Source of the DNA: Candidatus Melainabacteria bacterium
GTDB taxonomy: Bacteria; Cyanobacteriota; Vampirovibrionia; 2-02-FULL-35-15
Assembly: GCA_016193285.1 (NCBI GenBank)
Contig: JACPSL010000018.1
Location: 3,589-67,588, forward strand
Direction: 5' to 3'
Length of the DNA stretch: 64,000 nucleotides
The position numbers were made by a program, and so were the translations under genes. Position 1 is the first letter of the stretch. The number at the start of each line of letters is the position of its first letter. This document shows positions 1 to 10,194 of this stretch, piece after piece. The notes beneath the pieces are model-generated. The model ran no database searches, was not told where the DNA came from, and worked only from the letters and a program-made list of their open reading frames with translations.

Positions 1-2
1 CA

Positions 3-1106
3 ATAATTTCATATGCTGAGTGGATTTTTTCAAAAAAGCTTAAATACTTATATTTATTTTTTGTTTTTTTTGGACTTGCGCTATGTATAAAACTATATGC
101 TCTTTTACTTATAGTGATTTTATTTTTGTGGATAAAACTAGGAGGGAAAAGATTCGTTGACAAAAATTGTTCATTAAAAAAAAATCACTTTCATTTTTTA
201 ATTGGGTTCCTAATAATTTTAACTTTACTTGCTCTTTTATATAATCCGACATACTGGGGCTGGGGTATTGAGAATAAAATCCTTTTTATAAAAAGATTTA
301 TTTCTAATATTAGATGGATTACATCAAATTCATCTGCTAATGCAGGATTAACTCTCTATCCATTTGTACAAGTATTTTATAGAACACCATTACTTATGCT
401 TTTGTGTTTTACTTTTGGTTTTTATCAAACTGTAGCTAAACATAAAACTGATTTATCTGTCCTTCTTATAGTCTGGTGTTTAATCCCAGTAGTTATACTT
501 TGTTTTCAACAATTATATCGTTATCATAATGGTAGTAGGCTTTTCCTTGTTTATGTAGTTCCTTTTTCAATTGTTTCTGTTATTGGAATACAGAGTCTAG
601 TAAGTTTGTTAGTAAGAGAGTTTAAACTAGATGAAACTTCTTTAAAGTTGATTATCCCTGTATTAGTTTTTAGTTTAAATCTTAGTAGTATTATTTCTAC
701 ACATCCTTATCAAACTACTTATTTCAATTCTTTAGCTCGTGGTCTGAAAGGTGCTCAGGAAAAACACATACCTAATGCCAATGATTACTGGTTTAATTCA
801 TATCGGAAAGCAGGAAAGTGGCTGGACAAAAATGCAAAAAAGAACTCAAACATTTTTTTTATTAATCGCATTTCTAGTAGAACCTATCTTATAGAAGATT
901 TAATTTCAAGAAAAGACTTACTGATAAGAAATTTTTTCCCTCAAAGGATTAAATACATTTTTCCGCATGATTCTTATATTGTAATAATACCGTTTGATTC
1001 TATACAGCGCGGTCATTACTCATCATTCTGGAAAGAGAATTACAAAATAGTGCATGAAATAAAAAGACAAGGTGGAGAAATTTTAACAATATATTATAAG
1101 CCTTGA
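3..1106 (+). CDS. Membrane glycosyltransferase-like protein (ArnT/PMT GT-C-like), 5'-truncated by the window edge
   Basis: The frame of ORF 114..1106 is open back to base 3. Multiple hydrophobic segments are followed by a soluble tail with YFNSLARG...NDYW; nucleotide-sugar genes are nearby. Confidence 0.5.
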   Translation: MISYAEWIFSKKLKYLYLFFVFFGLALCIKLYALLLIVILFLWIKLGGKRFVDKNCSLKKNHFHFLIGFLIILTLLALLYNPTYWGWGIENKILFIKRFISNIRWITSNSSANAGLTLYPFVQVFYRTPLLMLLCFTFGFYQTVAKHKTDLSVLLIVWCLIPVVILCFQQLYRYHNGSRLFLVYVVPFSIVSVIGIQSLVSLLVREFKLDETSLKLIIPVLVFSLNLSSIISTHPYQTTYFNSLARGLKGAQEKHIPNANDYWFNSYRKAGKWLDKNAKKNSNIFFINRISSRTYLIEDLISRKDLLIRNFFPQRIKYIFPHDSYIVIIPFDSIQRGHYSSFWKENYKIVHEIKRQGGEILTIYYKP

Positions 1107-1558
1107 AGTTTTATTATATTACAATAGAGAAAATGAGAAAAACATTTACTGCTGGTGGTTTAGTTTTAAATAAGAAAGGTCAGGTACTTATTGCAAATCA
1201 AAATGGAAATTCCTGGTCATTGCCAAAGGGGCATATTGACGAAGGAGAAACTAAACTTGAAGCAGCAATTAGAGAGATTTATGAAGAAACAGGCATTAGA
1301 AAATTACAGTTTGTTAAAGAATTAGGTTTCTATGAGAGATATAAAATTGGATTAAATAGTAGTGAAGAAGATAAATCAGAATTAAAAAATATCTCTATGT
1401 TTTTATTTAAAACAGAGGAAGAAAATTTAAAACCAAAAGATCCAACAAATCCAGAAGCTATTTGGGTGGAGAAAAAAAAAGTTGCAGAGTTATTAACTCA
1501 TAAGAAAGATAAAGAATTTTTTCTGGGTGTTATTAAAGAACTTCCCAGTCTTTTATAA
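1103..1558 (+). CDS. NUDIX hydrolase
   Basis: Nudix box GHIDEGETKLEAAIREIYEETGI. Confidence 0.9.
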   Translation: MKFYYITIEKMRKTFTAGGLVLNKKGQVLIANQNGNSWSLPKGHIDEGETKLEAAIREIYEETGIRKLQFVKELGFYERYKIGLNSSEEDKSELKNISMFLFKTEEENLKPKDPTNPEAIWVEKKKVAELLTHKKDKEFFLGVIKELPSLL

Positions 1559-2806
1559 GTAATAAATCTTTTTGTTGTATGGGAATACTGGTTTTCCAGC
1601 ACAATATAAAATAAGATTAGAGTTGTTGTATATCAAATCAATATCTAAACAATCATGGGCTACAGAAAAGACTGTAAGATCTGCACTACTAAGTAATTCT
1701 TTAGTAAGTGCTCTTTCCAATTTGACATTAATATTTTTAGCAAATGGATCATAGATAGTTAGTTTTACACCAGCTTCGGCTAACAGCTCAGCTAATTTTA
1801 GTGAAGCAGAAGTTCTTATATCTGCTACGTTTGGTTTGTATGTTATTCCAATTAATAATATTCTACTTCCTTTTAGCGGCTTAAGTTTTTCATTTAAAAC
1901 TTGAGTTATCCTTTGTAAAACATAGTATGGCATGCCTTGGTTTATACGATGTGATAGTTCAACAAATTGAAGATAGCAATCATTTGTCCTAGCCCATGAG
2001 TCCATATATAAAAGATCTACTGGTATGCAATGTCCTCCAGTTCCAACAGTAGGCCAAAACGGCATGATACCAAAGGGCTTGGTATATGCAGCAGCTAAGA
2101 CATCCAAAATATTCATATTGAGTCTGTTTGCTGTTCTTGCCATTTCATTTACAAATGCTATGTTTACTGCCCTAAAAGTGTTTTCGTATAGTTTTGCAAA
2201 CTCAGCAATTTCAGGTGATTTTGTCCTTATAACTTTTACAATAAATTGGCTGTAGAAGAGTTCTGTTAATGACAAACAATTTTCAGTTATGCCAGATACT
2301 AACTTAGGTATGCTTTTGACACTGGAGTATTGTTTACTTGCAGGGTCGATCCTTTCTGGAGAGTAACCAATAAAAAAATTTGCTCCTGCTACAAGATTTT
2401 TTTTCTTGTGCAATATCTTTGGCATTATTAGTTTTCTTGTAATTCCTGGTTGCAAGGTACTTTCTATTAGTAAAAGTTGCCCTTCTTTAAAAACATTATT
2501 TGTTAAAGCATCTATTGCAATTTCAATAGATGAGAAATCAGGATGAACATATTCTTTTAAAGGGGTTGGCAAACAAATTATATAGATGTCACGGTTTTTT
2601 ATTTCATTTATATCTAGTGTAACTATCTTTTTAAAAGAAGATATTGATTGAAGTTCTTTAATAGTTTTTGTGTCTATATCGTAACAAACGACATCTAAGT
2701 TAGAATCCAGAAGTGCTTCTGTTACTGCAGTACCTACATAACCCATTCCTACAACTACAATCTTGGCAGTTTTACTTGTTATCTTATTTTTTAGTTCATT
2801 AAACAT
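1553..2806 (-). CDS. Nucleotide-sugar dehydrogenase (UDP-GlcNAc/ManNAc dehydrogenase family)
   Basis: GMGYVG Rossmann motif, YSPERIDP, AKLYENTFRAVNIAFVNE, GGHCIPVD catalytic Cys. Confidence 0.9.
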   Translation of the reverse strand: MFNELKNKITSKTAKIVVVGMGYVGTAVTEALLDSNLDVVCYDIDTKTIKELQSISSFKKIVTLDINEIKNRDIYIICLPTPLKEYVHPDFSSIEIAIDALTNNVFKEGQLLLIESTLQPGITRKLIMPKILHKKKNLVAGANFFIGYSPERIDPASKQYSSVKSIPKLVSGITENCLSLTELFYSQFIVKVIRTKSPEIAEFAKLYENTFRAVNIAFVNEMARTANRLNMNILDVLAAAYTKPFGIMPFWPTVGTGGHCIPVDLLYMDSWARTNDCYLQFVELSHRINQGMPYYVLQRITQVLNEKLKPLKGSRILLIGITYKPNVADIRTSASLKLAELLAEAGVKLTIYDPFAKNINVKLERALTKELLSSADLTVFSVAHDCLDIDLIYNNSNLILYCAGKPVFPYNKKIYYL

Positions 2807-2910
2807 TTTTGTTTTACTCTAACATATGTTTCAATAGGATTTAAATATGCCTTTCTTTTAATAACGCTTCTATTTACAATCAAGAAATGTTTCATTTATT
2901 ATAGATATTA

Positions 2911-3891
2911 ATGAAGATTTTAATTACTGGTGGTGCTGGCTTTATAGGATCTCATCTGGCTGAGTCATTAATTAAGCTAAAAGAAGAGAGCTATGTTTTA
3001 GATAATCTTTCTACTGGTAGTTTTGAAAATATCAAACATTTAATTTCTAGTCCGAAATTTCATTTTATTAATGGCTCAATAAGAGACCAGAAATTATTAG
3101 AGGAGTTAGTGGATGAATGTGAATTGATTTATCATTTAGCAGCAGTAGTTGGAGTCAGATTAGTCGTAAATAATCCAATAGACGTGATTGTAACTAATAT
3201 CACTGGTACAGAGTTTCTTCTTGAGCAAGTTAGTAAAAAGAATAAGCAAATTTTAATAGCATCGTCATCAGAAGTTTATGGAAAAGGAGAGTTAGAAGCA
3301 CTTAAAGAAACTGATAATTTAATTATTGGACCTCCGACAATTCCACGATGGAGTTATTCATGTTCTAAGTTAATAGATGAATTCTTAGCTTTAGCTTACT
3401 ATAAGGAAAAAGGAACTCCAGTTGTAATAGCTCGTATATTTAATACTGTTGGACCTCGTCAGACAAGCAAGTATGGAATGGTAATCCCAACTTTTGTTCG
3501 TCAGGCATTAAATAATGAACCATTAACTGTCCATGGAGACGGAAATCAAATCCGGTGTTTTAGCCATGTGTCGGATACAGCTTCATGTTTAATTAATTTA
3601 ATGAACACTACAAAAGCAATAGGGGAGATATTTAATGTTGGAAGTGATAAGAAAATAACCATTCTAGATCTCGCAAAACAAATTAAATTAGTTTCTAATA
3701 GTACCTCTGACATCAAATTCATTCCTTATAACAAGGTATATGGAGAAAATTTTGAAGACGTGCTTTGCCGGATTCCAGATCTTATTAAACTAAAAAAGAC
3801 AATAAATTACCACCCTGTTTACAACTTAGATGATATTTTAAGAGATGTGATTGCGTTTGAAAGTGCAAAACTAGCAAAGAACAGCATTTGA
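2911..3891 (+). CDS. NAD-dependent nucleotide-sugar epimerase/dehydratase
   Basis: TGGAGFIGSHL, ASSSEVYG, YSCSK (YxxxK), RIFNTVGPRQ. Confidence 0.9.
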   Translation: MKILITGGAGFIGSHLAESLIKLKEESYVLDNLSTGSFENIKHLISSPKFHFINGSIRDQKLLEELVDECELIYHLAAVVGVRLVVNNPIDVIVTNITGTEFLLEQVSKKNKQILIASSSEVYGKGELEALKETDNLIIGPPTIPRWSYSCSKLIDEFLALAYYKEKGTPVVIARIFNTVGPRQTSKYGMVIPTFVRQALNNEPLTVHGDGNQIRCFSHVSDTASCLINLMNTTKAIGEIFNVGSDKKITILDLAKQIKLVSNSTSDIKFIPYNKVYGENFEDVLCRIPDLIKLKKTINYHPVYNLDDILRDVIAFESAKLAKNSI

Positions 3892-3901
3892 CTGTTGCCT
3901 C

Positions 3902-4885
3902 TTATTTCGTTATACAGTGCAACCCACCGCCTTCTTGAATTAAGAGTGAGCAATCAATTCCAACAATTTTTCTATCCGGGAATATTTTTTTAAAAATTTC
4001 TAAAGCAAGACTGTCAGATTTACAATTAAAAGTAGGAATTATTACTCCGCCGTTTACAAAAATAAAGTTTGCATAAGAGCTTGGAAGCTCATCATTATTA
4101 CCTGGTAAAGGTATTTCAATTATTTTAAGTTTATATTCTTTCTTAGGATGTTGCCATTTTTGTAAGTATTCAATACTTGGTCTTAGCCTGTCATAGTTTT
4201 TATTTTTTTTGTTGTTTGTGTTGCACACTAACATAGTTTTTTTATTTATAAACCTTGCAACGTTATCTATATGTCCATCAGTATGATCATTTGCAAGCCC
4301 ATGTTTTAACCAAATTATTTCTTCTATGTTAAATGCAGGTTTTATAATTTGCGCAACTTGTTCTTTTGTTAAATTTTTATTTCTATTTTTGTTTAAAACA
4401 CACTCTTCAGTAGTTAATAAAACCCCATCGCCAGAGAATTCTACAGCTCCTCCTTCTAATATGAATGGATAAGATTCAATTTCACACCCAAGATAAGTTG
4501 CAATTTCTTTTGGGACATTATTGTCAAGATCCCATGGAGGGAATTTACCTCCCCAAGAATTAAATTCAAAATCCAAAATTTTCTGTGCCATGAAAAATGG
4601 TCCATAATCTCGAATCCAGACATCGTTATTTGGAATAATTATTTTTTTTAATTTATGTTGGGGCGTATTGCAATACGCCCGTACCTCAAAATCGTTTAAT
4701 AATTCTATGTTCGGAAAAATTAAATTTACATTTTGAAAATCAAGAATAATTTTAATTAGCTCTTTATAAAACTCTTGTATCTTTCCTATTCTTTTTTTTT
4801 TCCACTCTTTTTCATTATGTGGCCATGAAAGCCATGTAGTATGCTGCTTTTCCCATTCAGCTAGATAATGTCCTCTTTTATTCAT
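3902..4885 (-). CDS. aguA: Agmatine deiminase
   Basis: AEWEKQ..TWLSWP, WIRDYGP, LEGGA, DHTDGHIDN, SYANF, GGGLHCIT; paired with aguB. Confidence 0.88.
   Translation of the reverse strand: MNKRGHYLAEWEKQHTTWLSWPHNEKEWKKKRIGKIQEFYKELIKIILDFQNVNLIFPNIELLNDFEVRAYCNTPQHKLKKIIIPNNDVWIRDYGPFFMAQKILDFEFNSWGGKFPPWDLDNNVPKEIATYLGCEIESYPFILEGGAVEFSGDGVLLTTEECVLNKNRNKNLTKEQVAQIIKPAFNIEEIIWLKHGLANDHTDGHIDNVARFINKKTMLVCNTNNKKNKNYDRLRPSIEYLQKWQHPKKEYKLKIIEIPLPGNNDELPSSYANFIFVNGGVIIPTFNCKSDSLALEIFKKIFPDRKIVGIDCSLLIQEGGGLHCITK
4657..4684. repeat. GTAG-type palindromic element inside aguA
   Basis: Perfect 20-bp palindrome GGGCGTATTGCAATACGCCC (4661-4680); the minus strand reads GTAC-core-CAAC. Confidence 0.75.
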
Positions 4886-5766
4886 TAATCAGCATCCGAA
4901 TATTTTAACAAACCTTGGTAACTGTCAATTCTTCTGTCTCTAAAAAAAGGCCATGTTTGTCTACATTTTTTTAATTTATTAAAACTAATTTCTACTTCTG
5001 ATATTGCTTCTGTGGTTTTGTCTTGATGGACAATTGAACCATATGGATTTGAAAGAAAAGAATGTCCCCAAAAATTTAAATGTCCTTCTTTGCCTACTCT
5101 ATTTACTGCCATTACATAAATTCCATTTGCAATTGCATGTGATCGCATAATCGTAGTCCAAGCATCTACCTGAGACTTGTTAAGGGCTTGTCGCGACAAG
5201 CCCTTACAGGATTCATCGTTATCCCAACCAATTGCAGTTGGATAGATTAAAATTTCAGCACCTTTTAATGCTGCAATCCTAGCTGCTTCTGGAAACCATT
5301 GATCCCAACAAATAAGCACACCAATATTTCCAACAGATGTCTTAGTTACAAGAAAACCACGATCTCCAGGAGTAAAATAATATTTTTCATAAAATCCTGG
5401 ATCATCTGGAATATGCATTTTCCTGTAGTGACCAATAATCTCTCCATTGTTTTCAAGTATTAAACAACTATTGTGATAAATTCCTTCTCTTCTTTTTTCA
5501 AATATTGGAAGTATTAAAACTATTTTTAATTCTTTTGCTAATAGCTGAAAGTGTTTAATAATGTCAGACTTAATTTCAAGAGCACTATTAAAGTGTTTTT
5601 TATCTTCTGTAATTGGGAAATAGTCCCATAAAAAAAGCTCTGGCAAAACAATAAGTTTTGTTTTGCTCTTGCACGCATCTTGTATTTTCTCTGAATAATA
5701 TTTTAAATTCTTATTAAGATTGCCTTGTGATTTACCTTGGATCCAAGCTGCTTTGAATGATTTCAT
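4885..5766 (-). CDS. aguB: N-carbamoylputrescine amidase (carbon-nitrogen hydrolase)
   Basis: LPELF, YRKMHIPDDPGFYEKYYF, ICWDQWFPEAAR, YPTAIGW; nitrilase E-K-C triad. Confidence 0.88.
   Translation of the reverse strand: MKSFKAAWIQGKSQGNLNKNLKYYSEKIQDACKSKTKLIVLPELFLWDYFPITEDKKHFNSALEIKSDIIKHFQLLAKELKIVLILPIFEKRREGIYHNSCLILENNGEIIGHYRKMHIPDDPGFYEKYYFTPGDRGFLVTKTSVGNIGVLICWDQWFPEAARIAALKGAEILIYPTAIGWDNDESCKGLSRQALNKSQVDAWTTIMRSHAIANGIYVMAVNRVGKEGHLNFWGHSFLSNPYGSIVHQDKTTEAISEVEISFNKLKKCRQTWPFFRDRRIDSYQGLLKYSDAD
5180..5207. repeat. GTAG-type palindromic element inside aguB
   Basis: Perfect 26-bp palindrome TAAGGGCTTGTCGCGACAAGCCCTTA (5181-5206); the minus strand begins GTAA-GGGC. Confidence 0.75.
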
Positions 5767-5810
5767 AATTGTAATCTTTAATTATCAATTACCAATTATT
5801 AATTGTCAAT

Positions 5811-6236
5811 TTGCGTTATAATTTTCTTATGTCGGTAGAAATCAAAGGACAATACGAAGGTGATTTAAGGGTAAAGCTTGTTCATGGTCCGTCAGAATCT
5901 GTTATTGAAACTGATGCTCCAATTGATAATCAAGGTAAAGGTGCTCGGTTTTCACCAACAGATCTTGTTGTAGCATCTCTTGGGTCCTGCATGTTGACTA
6001 TTATGGGTATTATTGCAAAAAGAGAGGGAATAAACCTTGAAGGCCTTTCTTTTCGAGCCAAAAAACATATGACTGAAAATCCAAGAAGAATTGGAAAAAT
6101 TATTTTAGAAATTTATTTGCCAAAAGGAATTACAAGTGAGCAAAAAGAAAAACTAGAAAGATCTGCTCATACTTGTCCTGTGCATAAGTCATTACATCCA
6201 GATATCCAACAAGATATAAAATTTGTTTATTCGTGA
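5811..6236 (+). CDS. OsmC family protein
   Basis: TDAPIDNQGKG..FSPTDL..SLGSCM and TCPVHKSL two-Cys pattern. Confidence 0.85.
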   Translation: MRYNFLMSVEIKGQYEGDLRVKLVHGPSESVIETDAPIDNQGKGARFSPTDLVVASLGSCMLTIMGIIAKREGINLEGLSFRAKKHMTENPRRIGKIILEIYLPKGITSEQKEKLERSAHTCPVHKSLHPDIQQDIKFVYS

Positions 6237-7342
6237 CTCAAAAGGCAATATTGGTTGATGTTATATCTCCTGAAATAACAAAGGAAGAAGGCTTTGAACG
6301 TCTTGGTGAGCTTGAAAATCTTGTAAAAACTTTTGGTGGTATTGCTGTTGTAAAAATTATTCAAAAAAAATCCATGCCTGATTACAGAACCTATATAGGC
6401 TCTGGAAAGGTTCAAGAAATATTGACTTATAACAAAACACAAGATAAAAATGACAAAGCAAACCTTTTAATAGTAAATAATTTACTTAAGCCATCCCAGG
6501 TTTATAACCTTGGAGAAATATGTAAGAGAGAAAATATTGAAGTATGGGACAGGATTGATTTAGTTTTAAAAATATTTGATAAGCATGCAAGAAGTGTAGA
6601 GGCAAAACTACAAATAGAACTTGCTGCAATAAGACACATGGGTCCAAGGATTTATGGTCTAGGTTTAGAACTTACAAGACAAGCAGGTGGTATTGGTACA
6701 CGAGGTATTGGCGAAACAAATATCCAGATAATGAAACGCCACTTAAAAAAAAGAGAACAAAAAATTAAAGAAAAACTTAAACATCATGATTTAGTTCAGT
6801 TGAATCATAGAAGACAAAGAAGAAGTAAGGATTTAAAAACTATTTCTCTTGTAGGTTATACAAATGCAGGTAAAAGTACACTATTAAATTCTCTTACAAA
6901 AAAAGGTGTTTATGTAGCAGATGAATTATTTGCTACTTTAGAAACAACTGTTGGAAGATTATACTTACAAAATACAGAAAAGATTGTACTACTATCAGAT
7001 ACAATTGGTTTTATCCAAGACCTGCCACCTGATTTAATTGATGCATTTAGATCTACACTCAGTGAAATTATTGACGCAGATCTCTTATTGCATATAATTG
7101 ATACTAGTGATCCGTTGTATGAAAATAAAATTAAAGTAGTAGAAAGTATATTATTTGATTTGAAAGTATCTGATAAACCTAAAATATATGTTTTTAACAA
7201 GGTAGATTTAAATCACAATGTTGATAAAAAAGAGATTATTAGATCTTATAGTGAATATTCACCAGTTTTTATTTCTTGTAAAACAAGACAAGGTTTAAAT
7301 GATTTAATTTTAAAGATTGAAAAGATAAGTCTTTACTCATAA
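6233..7342 (+). CDS. hflX: GTPase HflX
   Basis: EAKLQIELA, GIGTRGIGET, VGYTNAGKSTLLN, LFATL, DTIGFI, NKVD. Confidence 0.93.
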   Translation: MTQKAILVDVISPEITKEEGFERLGELENLVKTFGGIAVVKIIQKKSMPDYRTYIGSGKVQEILTYNKTQDKNDKANLLIVNNLLKPSQVYNLGEICKRENIEVWDRIDLVLKIFDKHARSVEAKLQIELAAIRHMGPRIYGLGLELTRQAGGIGTRGIGETNIQIMKRHLKKREQKIKEKLKHHDLVQLNHRRQRRSKDLKTISLVGYTNAGKSTLLNSLTKKGVYVADELFATLETTVGRLYLQNTEKIVLLSDTIGFIQDLPPDLIDAFRSTLSEIIDADLLLHIIDTSDPLYENKIKVVESILFDLKVSDKPKIYVFNKVDLNHNVDKKEIIRSYSEYSPVFISCKTRQGLNDLILKIEKISLYS

Positions 7343-7411
7343 ACAGCAACCTTTTTTTAAATTAATAGTCATTTAAATAAAATCAAGTAAAATTCAACTT
7401 AAGGAAAAATT

Positions 7412-8161
7412 ATGGAAATAAAAACAGATACAAAAAAGATAATTATTGGTGCATTAATTGCAGTTGTTGTACTAAATGTTTTAGGTAAAGAGCTGCAAAA
7501 AAGTTTTGAAAAGTCAGTTTTAGAAGTTGTAAAGAAAAATCCAGAAGGATTTAAAACTGCCCTTGGTAATTTACCAACTGAAGTTACTCCGCCATCACCT
7601 GCCCAGCCCAGTGAAGAAGAACTTTTTAAGCAACAGTTAGAGGATAAGACAAGTGTAGATATTGGAAATACACCTATTCTTGGTAGAAGGGATGCAAAGA
7701 TTCAGTTAATTGTATTTAGTGATTTTCAATGTCCTTTCTCAAAACGTGGTGCAGATACTACTCATGCTTTAATTCAAAAATATGGAAACAAAATAATGTA
7801 TGTTTATAAAAATCTTCCTTTACCATTTCATCCTGAAGCAATGCCAGCAGCAAAAGCTGCACTAGCAGCCGGGAGACAAGGGAAGTATTATGAGTATCAT
7901 GATAAGCTTTTTGAAAATCAAGACAAATTAGGTGAACCGTTATATCTCCAGCTTGCAAAAGATCTTGGATTAAATATTGATAAGTTTAATACAGATAGAA
8001 AGAGCAAGGAAATTGAAGATCAAATTAATGCAGATACAACCCAAGCAAGTGCTATAGGTTTTAATGGCACTCCTGGTTTTACTTTAAATGGTGTAAAAAT
8101 TCTAGGAGCTTATCCAATTGAACATTTTGAAAAAGTAATTAGTGCTTTAGGAGTTAGTTAG
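7412..8161 (+). CDS. DsbA-family thioredoxin-fold protein with N-terminal membrane anchor
   Basis: FSDFQCPFSKR, NLPLPFHPEAMPAA, GFNGTPGF. Confidence 0.8.
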   Translation: MEIKTDTKKIIIGALIAVVVLNVLGKELQKSFEKSVLEVVKKNPEGFKTALGNLPTEVTPPSPAQPSEEELFKQQLEDKTSVDIGNTPILGRRDAKIQLIVFSDFQCPFSKRGADTTHALIQKYGNKIMYVYKNLPLPFHPEAMPAAKAALAAGRQGKYYEYHDKLFENQDKLGEPLYLQLAKDLGLNIDKFNTDRKSKEIEDQINADTTQASAIGFNGTPGFTLNGVKILGAYPIEHFEKVISALGVS

Positions 8162-10071
8162 TTAACACTTATACCTTGTAACCTATTAACTGTATTCTTT
8201 AAACCATATATGCATTTACCAAGAACTGGTAAAAGCTCGTACTCAAATGAAATCCTAATCTCATCATTGTCATAAGCTGTAGTCATATTGTGATGGCTTG
8301 ATCTGTAATCAATTGCTTTAAATCTTGATCTTAAATCAAAAAGTTTTAACACATATGTAGCAAGGAATTCAGCACCAATAACTTGTAATTCTTCTCTTTC
8401 AACTTCTTTAGCTAATCCGATTTTTTGTTTAATTTTTTTAGTTAGTCTTTCTTTTATGTCATTCTCTTCAATACTAGTAAGTTCATGCTTACCTTGTAAG
8501 GCATCTTTTCCAACAAAAGGTAAACAAATTTCTTGAATAATCTTTTCAATTTGTTCATTAATTTTGTTATTTAATTCAGTTTTTCCAGCTTTAAATTCTT
8601 TAACAAGCTCACATAGTTCTTCATAAATCTTAGTATCTTTTGCTTGCTCAAATGCATAGTTTGTTTGTATTTGTTCATAAGTTAAATAACCATGATCATG
8701 TTCTACCTTATAAAAATCAGATACAAGTTTTTTAATACTATTTTCTGCAAAATCAGATAAACCCTTTACAACTAGTGAGTTACATATTCTTTCTCTAAGG
8801 TTGTTTAAATCTTCTGTTGTAGTTTCTTTGCCAGAAATTTTTCCAATTAGTTTCTTTCCAAAATATGCAATTTGAATAAAAGATTGTGGAGCTCTGCTAA
8901 AGAAAACATATAGCCCATTAAATACAGAAAGGAATATGCTTCCTGTTCTTCCTAAGACCTTATCAATAAGAGCACTAGCTCCACCTTTATTTTGTGCTTC
9001 TTCTTCTAAGTGTGGTTCATCTAATAGTGGTGTAAAAAGTGAAAACATTGAAAGTGGGCTGAGAGTATGAAAAATAATTTCAGCATAATGTCTAATTGAT
9101 TTTAGTCCATTATTCTCATTTGTAATTTTATTTTCAAACCAATTCCCAAAATTATCTAATGGGTTTCTAAGAAAACCTGGAAGCCCTTTTTTTAAATTCT
9201 CTCTTTCTTTTACTACACGCACTACTGAATCAACTCCTTTTGCATAGTATTCAGGTGCTGCTACAAAAAAGCTTACAAGCCTGCTTAATCCAAGAAATGG
9301 TCTTCTAAAGAAATCACCTGGTGATATTTTTCCAGTAAATAACGCACATGTATCTGCTAACTGTCTTAGTCCTTGCATTACAGGATTTGCAATACTACCA
9401 ATAATTGTCATTCGTTTAAAACTTTGATAAAGTTCCTCATAACCTTCAATTTTTTTATTTGATTCCTCAATTAGTGATTCATCAGATTTATTAGAAAGCC
9501 AAATGTTAGTTTGCTCTTTTGTTTTTAATACCCATGCAAGCAATGCTTGTAAATTACCACCTGCCCATGTAACTGTAGTAAAAAACAAAGCAGGAATATT
9601 GAAAATAGTTGCAGCTTTGTGAAAACCTGTAGCTCCAAACTTTTCAGGATTTATAAATGGCTCTATAACAAAAGGAGTAAATCCAGCACTGCAAGCTCTA
9701 TAAAAACCTTCTCTTGCTGTATCAAATATTTTTTTTATTTCTGCTCTTTCACCATTTCCGTTTCTTCTTGAATAGAAATTTATAATTTCATTTCCAACTA
9801 AAAAAAATGGCGAAGCAATTGCTCCTATTGACCCAAAGGCATCACCAACTACTTTCAGTGCTTTTGCTGGAAATGTTGCTCCATATTTTAATGAGCCTAA
9901 AAGTAGCCCAAGAGCACCTACTCCAATAGCAGTACCTGCAATTGGCTTAAAAGTTTTTTCTACTTCTTTGTATTTATCTTTTGCTGAAGAAGAAGGTTCT
10001 CGTGGCCGAGGGGATACTGGTGGTACTTCTTTCTCTGCTATGGGTGATGTTGTCTTTAGGATTACTGGCAT
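8158..10071 (-). CDS. Hypothetical membrane protein (637 aa)
   Basis: Long ORF with several hydrophobic segments and no recognised motif. Confidence 0.7.
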   Translation of the reverse strand: MPVILKTTSPIAEKEVPPVSPRPREPSSSAKDKYKEVEKTFKPIAGTAIGVGALGLLLGSLKYGATFPAKALKVVGDAFGSIGAIASPFFLVGNEIINFYSRRNGNGERAEIKKIFDTAREGFYRACSAGFTPFVIEPFINPEKFGATGFHKAATIFNIPALFFTTVTWAGGNLQALLAWVLKTKEQTNIWLSNKSDESLIEESNKKIEGYEELYQSFKRMTIIGSIANPVMQGLRQLADTCALFTGKISPGDFFRRPFLGLSRLVSFFVAAPEYYAKGVDSVVRVVKERENLKKGLPGFLRNPLDNFGNWFENKITNENNGLKSIRHYAEIIFHTLSPLSMFSLFTPLLDEPHLEEEAQNKGGASALIDKVLGRTGSIFLSVFNGLYVFFSRAPQSFIQIAYFGKKLIGKISGKETTTEDLNNLRERICNSLVVKGLSDFAENSIKKLVSDFYKVEHDHGYLTYEQIQTNYAFEQAKDTKIYEELCELVKEFKAGKTELNNKINEQIEKIIQEICLPFVGKDALQGKHELTSIEENDIKERLTKKIKQKIGLAKEVEREELQVIGAEFLATYVLKLFDLRSRFKAIDYRSSHHNMTTAYDNDEIRISFEYELLPVLGKCIYGLKNTVNRLQGISVN

Positions 10072-10194
10072 TATTCTGACTTATTTCATCGGATATATAC
10101 TAAATATTGGATTATGTTAACTTATCAACGTGGAATTGTCTATGGGTATAACCCTATATTCCCGATATAATTAGTCGACTTAGAATTTGATTTG

